A DNA stretch of 64,000 bases, taken from positions 38,440,001-38,504,000 of the forward strand of contig OZ024745.1 of assembly GCA_964016885.1 (NCBI GenBank), in the 5' to 3' direction. The position numbers were made by a program, and so were the translations under genes. Within the stretch, counting starts at the first letter, position 1, and each line of letters begins with the position of its first letter. The DNA comes from Eledone cirrhosa. Its lineage: Eukaryota. Positions 53,770 through 64,000 of this stretch are shown piece by piece. A model generated the notes under the pieces. The model saw nothing but the letters and a program-made list of their open reading frames with translations. It was not told where the DNA came from and did no database searches.

Positions 53770-56700
53770 TCCATTAATGGATTGTACTTGTAATTTCCTA
53801 ACTAGTTGTGGTCTTTCTGTTCCTGTGAAATCTAGCTTCTCAAGATTTGTATTGAGGCAGTTACTAACATATCACAGTGCCCTAATAATCACAGGCATAA
53901 ATCTGAAGGTGTAATCATGGTGGAGTATCTGCAGATTCCTCATCAGTTCTGCATACATATTCTCCTTTTCGCTAATCTTTGATATTATATTGGCATCTGT
54001 TGGGCAGTTATTTCCACTACTGTGCATGTTTTCTTCTGCCTGTCCCATATCATAATATCTAGTCTGTTATGCCTGCATTTTATTGCGGTTTTTAGTGGAA
54101 CATTCCACCAGTACTCTTTCATACTATGTACATGGATATCTTCCACATTGATGTAGCTTTTAATGTGTTTATTATCGGGGCTATCTTTTTTACGTATTGC
54201 ATTGTACAGTGTTTTGGCCACTACATCATGCCTCATAGGCAGATAGTACCGCGATGACATATTTGGACAGCTGCTGATGATATGAGTGATATCTTCAATG
54301 TTAGTTCTGTAGAGTCTGCACTTGTTATCACATCTAGGTGTTTTGCCTGCATCCCTATCTCTTTTGTGAATCCGGCATTTCGTGTTAATCTCCTGTTCTT
54401 GCATTGCAAAAGCGTATCCTTCAAAGTGGGAGCCAATATAGCAGTTGTTGGTCCAAGATAGAATACTTTTCTTATCTATATTACTCTCACTCTGGAGCTT
54501 CCTGGCAACATATCCATGCATGATTGTTTACTGATAAGCATGCAGTTTTTCATCCATGGGTTCACTGCGATACTGCCGAGCGATTTCGTTGGGTGTGAGT
54601 TTTTGATTATCATATAGGGAATATCTCTCGAGGAGTTCCTTCCCGACTCTCATTGTCTTATCTGTTTCATGCGGATAGATTTGCTCGAGAGATGGGCTCC
54701 TACGCTTCGAGGTTCGTAGATGTTGTCGGAGGGATATGATGCGACATTCAAATGCTGTCTGGACTAATGTTAGGCCTTTGCTTCCCTGCTCACGTTTCAA
54801 ATAAAGGCGGTCTATGTCACTGTTGATGTGGAAGTTTGCAGTGTTGTTTTGTATTTTTCGAGTTCCAACATCAACTACTCGGATTTCGCCTATCGTCCAA
54901 TTGAGTATTCCAAACGTTAGTGTTAGGAGAGGCACAGCAAACACATTGTGAGCCACTGTTTTGTTTTGTTCAGAGAGATCCGTTGACCAAATCCTTCTTA
55001 ATCGGGTGTAGTATTCCCTGGTTATGGCGTTCCTTATTGCAGATACCATTATAGGATATGTTCTCATCTATCCCCAGGTATCTGTAGCACTCCTCATAAG
55101 ATATCGATGAAAGAGTTAAGCCATTGATGACATTGTTGCTAGATTGGGTTGTTGTTTTTCCACGCTTTACAGTCATATATGAGCATTTATCTTGGCCAAA
55201 CTCCATTCCTATATCCTTTGAGAACGTTGTAACCAAGTCAATATTTTTCTTCATCTCATCCATGTTCTTGGCATAAAGTTTCAGATCATGTACAAATAAT
55301 TTATGGGTTAGATTCGTATTTCTGTCCTCCTGTGGGCCAATGATGTATCCTTCACAATTCTTGAGCAGAAAGGACAAGGGGTTTAACGACAGGATGAATT
55401 ATAACACAGAGAGACTGTCTCCCTGAAATATACCCCTGCGATATTTTATTTTATCAGTGAAAATAGAGTCCTCCCTCTCTGTGTTTAAGCTTAGGATAGT
55501 TGCCCAAGAAGCAGAGAGCTTCTCTATGGCTCTGATAATAATGTTTGGAAACTTTAGCAAGTTGGGGAACATAATTGAAAGCTTTCCTGTAGTCCAGCCA
55601 GACTGTAGCCATATTCCTCCTGTTGTCGCACCTTCGACATCGCAGTTTTGTTGATTGGGAGTTGTTCAGCACATCCCCAAACCCCTTTCTTTCCAGCTGC
55701 TTGTTCATCTGTGATGATGTTATTATTTTCACAGTGAACTTCGAGGAATAGGTTCAGGCAGGCTGTATACATCTTATACATAATCTTCTGGCATGCAATG
55801 GGTCGGTATTTTTTTGCCTAGTGGGTGTCTTTGTTCTTGGGTACTAGTAATGTTTGTGCTAATGTCAACCATTCTGGTATAAGTGTATCTCCCTTAAGAA
55901 CTTGTTGGTAGATGTCAGTAAAATACCTCCGATAGAATATCAGTTTGTTGTACCAATAGCCGACAATCATGACTCTTCCTGCTGTTTTCTTATCTTGGAG
56001 TTTTTCTATCACAGTCTCAAGGGTACCCTCACTTATTTCGTATGTTTTTGTTGTAGTCTAGGAGCAATAGTTCTTTCGGATTTCTTTTAGCCACACTGCA
56101 TATTGGTTGAAATTCTGCTTTTCACCCCATATTTTGCTCCAAAAGGAATCTATGTCTTTCAGTGACAATTATTATTTTGTTCTTCATATCTCTATAGACT
56201 GATGTTTGGTTTCGTCTGAATCTTTTATTAAGCACTTTTCTCTCATCTACCTTCTTCAGGTATCGGCGTTTTTCGGTAATAGAACTTAATTCTTGTTTGA
56301 GGGTGATCAGCTTATATTGAAGAGTTCTGGTTATACTGTTACCAAACATCGTCTTTATTTTATTTTTCACTTTTTGTTGGTGAGGAGTGAGGTTTATTTG
56401 TGTTTGTTTGCATGAAAGGAGCATTGTCACATATCCTATGGTTTTTCGTAGGTCTGCAATCTTTCTATTTTATATATGATGGTATTTTTGGTGGTGTTTC
56501 TTTCTTGTTAATATCTCTGCTATCACCAAGATAATGCTTCACTGTCGTTGCTAAGGCGTTGATTTGCCAAAATATTGGGGTTTGTATCCCTCGTAAATAT
56601 TCATCCCCTATTTCGTCAATATCACGTAATATTTCATTATTTGGTTTTCTATTAAATATTTTCGTTTTAATACGTTCAGCAAGAGATATTTATACATTTA

Positions 56701-57375
56701 TTAATTTCTCTCTGGAAGATTTCGTTGAGGGAAATTTTCAATTGTTTATACTTTTGTTTATTATCATTATCGTTAGTATTTTCCACAATGGTACACGTAG
56801 TGTCAAATTTCTTCGATTATTATTATTATTTCTTCGATTATTATTATTATTTCTTCGATTATTATTATTATCGATAGTGTTTTCCTCAGCATTCGAGATA
56901 GACTTAGATGGTACAGGGGGTCTCATGTTTCTTACAAGCATAGTTGTATCAAGTCATTGTTCGACCTGGCTGCTAGGAAGTCTAGTAGCATGGCGACATG
57001 TAGCACGTGTGGTTGATCCCATGTTTGTTGTGGGGTACTTACAATTAATAATATTTATCTTATTTTGCGCTCAACAAACGTCGCTTGTTGCCATAATTGT
57101 TTCGCTGTGAAATAATTTAGCTCTCGGTGCATTTCGTCCCAGTGTAGCTTCATTCTGTTCGTATAGCCAATGGAGGGATTGCTTTTTGCCATTTTATAAC
57201 AATTAAATAAATCATCATTAAGTTCGCAACTCCAAGAGAAATGCGATTTATAATTTCTGTTTCTTCTGTAGCTACAACCGAATGAAGTGTGTTTACCTTT
57301 CTCGTTGTTTCTCTTCGATACTTCCTTAATGTTGTTGTTGATGTTGTGTTCAGCCATGCTATTTGTAGCAAATCC
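53770..57375 (-). mobile_element. Near-full-length R4/Dong-clade RLE retrotransposon, decayed
   Basis: N-terminal W..ELN.DL..CY..GY..RM..W domain, KYRPIAC, WLDYRKAF, GIFQGDSL, HKLFVHDLKLY, RLYLKREQG, CRL..EDITHIISSC..RHD, DIMIWD..VEIT endonuclease. Confidence 0.9.
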
Positions 57376-57714
57376 TTGTAAAATGAATTATGTATTTAGT
57401 CGGATATCTCTACGCATTCGAATAAAAGGTGTTTTCAGAAGGTATAGTTAGAAGAATAACCAGTTATTCAACATGACTGTAGTTGTGGCATTACTGTCGG
57501 AGATAGTATTCATCTTAAATTTAATAAATAGTCTCCCACGCCAAAATATACGACTGATCGCGTTGACTGTGTGTGTGTGTGTATATGGGTGTATATGTAT
57601 GTATGTGTGTATATGTATGTATGTGTGTATGTATGTATGCATGTATGTATGTATATGAGTATATAGATAAACGGCGTTTAACTTGTTTTACAAGGTTTTT
57701 GTTTTGTAATCGTA

Positions 57715-57764
<50 letters not shown>

Positions 57765-57884
57765 ATATGGGAGTGGGTGATTTGTGTATTTAAGGGTATT
57801 TTGCAACCTTTCTTACATTCAAATATATCGTATTGTATTCCATGTAAACTGACAATTACTTATTATCATTATACACAAACGGTA

Positions 57885-58066
57885 TTGGCGGTGGATTGGC
57901 AGTATCAGTAGAGGGTCGGAAGCCATGCTTTCACGCACAGAGTTACGTCCCTTTACGATCTGAGTTCAAATCCCGCCGAGATTAACTTTGCCTTTCATCC
58001 TTACGGGGTCGATAAAATAAAGTACCAGTAATTGCTGGCCTTGGGCCAAAAGTAGAACCAATTATC
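57885..58066 (+). mobile_element. tRNA-derived SINE (Meta/MESC-like)
   Basis: Head, gagttcaaatccc, core and tail. ttatcattatacacaaac is repeated on both sides (probable TSD). Confidence 0.82.
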
Positions 58067-58145
58067 ATTATACACAAACACACACTCACACACTCACACA
58101 TACACACTCACATAAACACATACACACACACACTCAAACACACAC

Positions 58146-58272
58146 AGTTGATATAGTCACGTGAATAAGCAACATTTTTGATCCACCTTTTTAAGTGAAA
58201 ATGACAATAAAGAACCCTCAAACACGAACTGGCACGAAAGTTGATGTGTTTATTCACGTGACTGCATCAACT
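58146..58272. repeat. Small MITE-like inverted repeat
   Basis: agttgatatagtcacgtgaataagca ... tgtttattcacgtgactgcatcaact. Confidence 0.6.
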
Positions 58273-58463
58273 AATTGAATTTAAACTCATATATTAAAAA
58301 CAATCTGAACCCATTTTTTTAAGAGCAAATACAATAAGAACTTTGTAACGTGAACTGACGTGAACTGGCGCTAAATGTATTATTTAGTCATCAACCACGA
58401 AATTACATTTCTAAAAAACCTACCCTTTCGAGCCACTTTTCTCCACATAAAACAGAAGTAACA

Positions 58464-59900
58464 GATGTTTCTAGGTTGGTTAGACCGGCGGTGGATGTAG
58501 TGTAGGTTGTCGTTTGGTTTCCTGTATGGGTAGTGTAGATCATTTTCGAGGAAATTGACTCGGGTTAGGGACGACTGTAGGGTGATTTTAAATCCCCAGT
58601 CCCGGAAGGAGTTGATTACGTGTTTATCAACATCTACGACAGAATATATTTGGCCTTGGGACTTTGGCGTATATCTCAGTTTAAAGCTATCAGAATCAGG
58701 ATGAAAATGTGCTTTATTACAATCAGGCCTCCAGGCGAAGCGGCTTTTGGGAGGAAATATGCTTTTACCCAGCCTCACCAAGCGGAACCAGCAGGAGAAG
58801 CCGCCCTGACGCCATGTAACGTATTTCAACCCTTCCCACAATGCCGAGGTTGCAACACCAATCGGGAAAATCTTCTAAATACTCCTCGAAAAACACTTCC
58901 CACCACAACACCGCTACCACAACATAATCAGCAAAAATACTATCAGACTTTCCTACTGCACCACACCCAACTTCGCACAATACATCGCCTCCTCAAAAAA
59001 CAAGAAACCCAACTTTTTTGGAAGAAACACCCTAGACATTAGTGGAGAGCCGACCAGGAGGTGTAACTGCCCTCATAGATCTACGTGCCCCCTCAACAAC
59101 AGATGCCGGAACGTGACGTAATCAACGAATGCAACATGAGGACGGAAAACTCCAACAAAGCCTGTATAGGATTAACCGCTGGTGACTTTAAGACCCGGAT
59201 CTACCAGCACCGACATACGTTCAGAAACCCAGCCCGGTGACATGCCACTACACTTTAGGGCCACATCTGGGACCTCCAAGATAATAATATCACATACCAT
59301 CTTACTTGGAACTTACTTTCCAGGGATAACTACTACACGGGAGGACGCAGTCCGTGTAACCTATGCTCAGAGGAAACAATACAAATGCTGTTTACGAAGG
59401 ACCACTCCTAAACAAAAAAAGACAAACTTGTAACCCTATGTAAACACCGATTGCGTAGGAATTACCTTGCCCTCAAACACCTTCATGACAAGGTTGGGCA
59501 GACGATGGCTGTAACATCCTTCTTTTCCCCATTAGCAGAACAAGATAGGGGAAACCCCATCATACATATGTAGATGTAATTCTTTTCTGTTTTCCCTTTA
59601 CCTCTACTTCTCACCTCATTCTACTCCCTCACATCTTTCTTTTCCTTTTTCCACGTTCGTTTACCCTGAGGCAGCCCGTCGGGCTTACGTAGCGTCAGTA
59701 CCCCCACCCCCGTAAATTCTATATAGCATTAACCGAAAACGCAATACAAGCTAAAAATATAGCAGCTGTTTTAGACTCTAGTTTTTTTCATTATATTTTT
59801 ATTATTTAATATTTTTATATTATTTTTTATTTATTATTTTCTAATTTTTTTATTTCAATTTATTAACCTTTTAAATTTTTTAATTTTTGAACTTCCCATT
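58464..59900 (+). mobile_element. Penelope-like element (family of 30009-32068) with 5' inversion
   Basis: 58464-58627 (-) encodes FRDWGFKI..PYRKPND..PRNI. From ~58668 the (+) strand continues into the linker and GIY-YIG, homologous to 31710-30870. Confidence 0.88.
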
Positions 59901-59902
59901 CT

Positions 59903-61751
59903 CAGATTCCTCAAGACTGGCGTAGCAGCATCATCATTAACTGCTACAAGGGTAAAGGAGATGCCCTAGATAGGGTTAACTATAGAGGCATTAAATTAAT
60001 CGACCAGGTAATGAAGGTCACAGAAAAAGTAATAGCGCAACTAATCAGAGAGCGAATTGATCTAGATGAAATGCAGTTCGGGTTTGCGTCAGGTAAAAGT
60101 ACCACAGACCCTCTTTTAATTGTACGACAACTACGGGAGAAGTACCTAGCTAAAAGTAAACCCCTATACTTAGCTTTTGTTGACTTGGAGAAAGCCTTTG
60201 ACAGAATCCCCCGCTCCATTATCTGGTTGGCTCTTAGAAAACTAGGTGTTGATGAATGGCTTGTGAGAACTATACAGGCAATGTATAAAGAAAAAGTCAG
60301 CAAGGTTAGAATTAACAACGAATATAGTGAAGAGTTTAGCGTAAAGGTTGGTGTTCATCAGGGCTCCGTCCTTAGCCCCCTCCTATTTATTATTGCCCTT
60401 CAGCCTATAACAGAGGAGTTCAAGACCGGCTGCCCATGGGAACTCCTATACACAGAAGATCTAACGCTCATAGGTGAATCAATGGCCGAACTAGAGAAGA
60501 AATTCCAAATATGGAAGCATGGCCTAGAATCAAAAGGCCTTAAAATTAACCTGTCTAAGACTAAAGTTCTAGTTTGTAGGAAGGAAAATAGGGCACCAGT
60601 CCCATCTGGAAAATGGCCATGCTCAGTGTGTAGGAAAGGAGTAGGCAGAAAGTCCATGTTATGTCCCAAATGCAAAGTATGGGTGCATAAACGATGTTAT
60701 GGGATCACAGGTAAGCTAACTAAGAATATAGATTTTATATGTGGCCGGCGCTCTGGTACCATAAGTAGCAGCAAGTGCCCACAAATACTAGCTCATTCCA
60801 TGGCACAGATGGTTCTATAGAAATAGTGGACACCTTCCGTTACCTTGGTAACAAAATCAGCAGCGGTGGAGGGTGCTCCGAAAGTACAGTAGTTAGAGAC
60901 AGAACGGGGTGGAAAAAGTTCAGAGAGCTTATACCACTATTGGCCGCTAAAGGGTTCTAACTAAAAATGAAAGGCAGGCTGTATGATGCCTGCATACGAA
61001 CAGCAATGTTGCATGGCAGTGAGACCTGGACATTGTGTGCAGAGGATATACGCAGACTGGAGAGGAACGAAGCTTGCATGCTCCGCTGGATGTGTAATAG
61101 TAATATACGTGAACGGCAAACCATAAACGAACTAAGGGAGACATTAGGAATAAGAGGGATCATATGTTGTTTACTCGAGAGAAGACTACATTGGTAAGGT
61201 CACGTGATGCGCATGATAGACGAAAGCTGTACAAAAAAGTGCAGGGCGATAAAAATAGACGGTAGCCACCGAGTAGGCAGACACAGATAAACCTGGGACG
61301 ACTTGCTAAATTCCGACCTCACACACACCTCTCCAAGACAATGTCACTGGACCGAGATCTTTGGCGATACACAGTCATACAGAAGACCCGCTTTGCCTAA
61401 GTACAAAGCGAAACCTACAGTCAGTAGGCACCTCTAATAAAAATACACCCCGGACCCACTACCCCCACCCTGCCAATGTAATGGTACCACATCATCCAGT
61501 CCGAAACAGATGAGGGCGTGTAGGTGTCACGACAAAAAACACACAGTCCACGCTGTAATGTTGCCGTGTAGATAACACGGTAAAAACCTCCCAGTCCACA
61601 CTGTAAACGTGGTTGGTGTTAGGAAGGGCATCCAGCCGTAGAAAACCCGCCAGACACTCCTATACGAGCAAGACAACCAATCTTGCCTCAAGTGGGAAAA
61701 TTCCCGTCCAAAGCCATGCTAGCATGGAAGATGGACGTTAAACGATGATGA

Positions 61752-61755
<4 letters not shown>
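59903..61755 (+). mobile_element. RTE-clade LINE, 5'-truncated
   Basis: PQDWRSSIII..KGKGD..NYRGIKL, FVDLEKAFD, GVHQGSVLSP, LLYTEDL, FRYLG, MLHGSETW. 3' end atggacgttaaac(GAT)n. Confidence 0.92.
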
Positions 61756-61828
<73 letters not shown>

Positions 61829-61833
61829 CATAT

Positions 61834-62980
61834 CAATATATATATGGATGTATATATAATGTATTTTGCAATACACTTTATGCTTAATTAAAAGCATTTT
61901 CTCACTACTCTAAAACCATAGCATACGGTCTTCAAAATGCTTTTAATTAAGCATAAAGTGTATTGCAAAATACATTATATATACATCCATATATATATTG
62001 CTATTTCAGAGCTCCAATTCTAATTTTTAATTTCTGCCTGACCAACAACCCCTCTGTATAACCAGTTCCTGATTATTTACTAGAATTCTACAAGAATATA
62101 ACATCAGTGATCTCGGTAGACAGGAGGGAGTAGTTAACCTTGATAAGCATCAATAAATGCGAAACAAGGCCTTGTCGGCTTATCTCCCCTGTTTGCTGAG
62201 ATTAAAGAAAGTGGATTTGACACTACTCTAAAACAATAGCATACGGTCTTCAAAATGCTTTTAATTAGGCATAAAGTGTATTGCAAAATACATTATATAT
62301 ACATCCATATATATATATTGCTATTTCAGAGCTCCAATTCTAATTTGTAATTTCTGCCTGACCAACAACCGCTCTGTATAATCAGTTCCCGATTATTTAC
62401 TAGAATTCTATAAGAATATAACATCACCGATCTCGGTAGACAGGATGGAGTAGTTAGCCTTGATAAGCATCAATAAATGCGAAACAAGGCGGTGTCGGCT
62501 TATCTCCCCTGTTTGCTGAGATTAAAGTAAGTGAATTGGTCACTACTCTAAAACAATAGCATACGGTCTTCAAAATGCTTTTAATTAAGCATAAAGTGTA
62601 TTGCAAAATACATTGTATATACATCCATATATATATTGCTATTTCAGAGCTCCAATTCTAATTTTTAATTTCTGCCTGACCAACAACCGCTCTGTATAAC
62701 CAGTTCCTGATTATTTACTAGAATTCTATAAGAATATAACATCAGTGATCTCGGTAGACAGGAGGGAGTAGTTAGCCTTGATAAGCATCAATAGATGCGA
62801 AACAAGGCCGTGTCGGCTTATCTCCCCTGTTTGCTGAGATTAAAGTAAGTGAATTCGTCACTACTCTAAAACAATAGCATACGGTCTTCAAAATGCTTTT
62901 AATTAAGCATAAAGTGTATTGCAAAATACATTATATATACATCCATATATATATTGCTATTTCAGAGCTCCAATTCCCAA

Positions 62981-62986
<6 letters not shown>
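61834..62986 (+). mobile_element. Retrozyme-like tandem array: ~318-nt monomer x ~3.4 with inverted 5' piece
   Basis: Units start at 61903, 62221, 62541 and 62859. 61834-61900 is an inverted fragment. (TA)n on both sides. One HHR per unit. Confidence 0.92.
62774..62818 (+). ncRNA. Type I hammerhead, U3:A8 core variant (also 62136-62180 and 62456-62500)
   Basis: agcc TTGATAA gcatc aata gatgc GAAA caaggcc(t/g)tg TC ggct. Long extended stem I: tctcggtagacagg..ggag / ctcc.cctgtttgctgaga. Confidence 0.88.
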
Positions 62987-63039
<53 letters not shown>

Positions 63040-63559
63040 TATTGATAGGAGTATCATTGTAATAACTTTATTCAAATGGTTTGTTTTCAAAAGATAACAA
63101 CAAAGAAGAAACACTCCCCTAGAATAAAAATATCGTAATAATAAATAAACAGTCGCAAAATGTTTGTGATTGGGAGTGTCAACATATTTTTAATTACCAA
63201 TAAACACATAGTATTTGGTTTTAATTCCGTATATGAAAACAATTATTATTGCTATTGGTCTTGTCATTTACTATGCTATTGTATTAATACATCAATTATA
63301 TTTCCGGTTGTTATTGGTATTCTTGGTGATTGATATTTTATGGATGTAGTGTTTATTTTTTTCTTCTGTGTCCATGTTTATATATATTTACCCTTCTCCC
63401 TGTTCACACCTTTGACATATTATAATTTGAAACCTGTGCCAATGATATTATTAGTGATATTCTTGAAGAAACAAAAGGAAGAGTATAGAGAATGACGGAA
63501 TCTGTAGCGCAATAATTTAAATATCTTCTGGTATTTAATTGCATTCCATTGTTACACCC

Positions 63560-64000
63560 CAAGATAAAAACAAAATTTGAATAAATTAGAGACAAACAAC
63601 ATAAAACCCGGAGAATTAATTAAAAATAATGTCTTTATAGGTAGCATGGGCCTACATATAGGAGACAATACAAAAGGCATTGGCAGTGATGTGTGTACAA
63701 GGAAATCTCGTAAAATGTAGGCAACATTAGCGGCGAGGACCACAAAAGGGTGACTCAGATACCCCACATATACTGAAGCCCCCAATGCCCCGAGAATACG
63801 TAAGGAGGGCACCACTCTAGTCTTCAAATGAACCAGCCTATAAGTTAGAGTAGGCCCATTCAAAAAAGCCATTCTCGCAACATTCACCCACATTTTAGCA
63901 AATGTCGTGAGGAGCAGCACTTCCCTCCCCACGTCACCTTCCTTTCCAAATGAAACTTGGAAAATTTGATGAGCGATTGTCGTAAGAGAAACGTGTCTGT
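63560..64000 (-). mobile_element. 3' end of an L1/Tx1-like LINE
   Basis: TFLLRQSLIKFSKFHLERK..REVL..F..W.NVAR...NGPTL aligns with ORF 6118-6339. Confidence 0.75.

Overview
AT-rich, repeat-saturated eukaryotic (animal) DNA. The (TA)n/(CA)n density and the SINE/LINE families suggest an octopod cephalopod; this is inference only. No intact host gene is recognisable. The window holds decayed R4/Dong-type RLE retrotransposons, L1/Tx1-like LINEs, an RTE LINE, three Penelope-like element (PLE) fragments (RT + GIY-YIG), a Charlie-type hAT with TIRs and TSD, Helentron-like HINEs, a mariner remnant and many SINEs. The main signal is a dense set of about 23 type I hammerhead ribozyme (HHR) motifs, folded by eye, in roughly ten sequence families. 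Most lie in short non-coding elements inserted in (TA)n. They include tandem or circularly permuted monomers of about 318, 426, 465 and 591 nt that look like PLE-mobilised retrozymes. Nearly all HHRs have a palindromic stem III and many elements carry an inverted duplication at one end. Two unrelated families use the U3:A8 covariant core (UUGAUAA), and one family has a >100-nt stem II that keeps its pairing despite sequence turnover. Ribozyme activity and circular RNA production are untested inferences.
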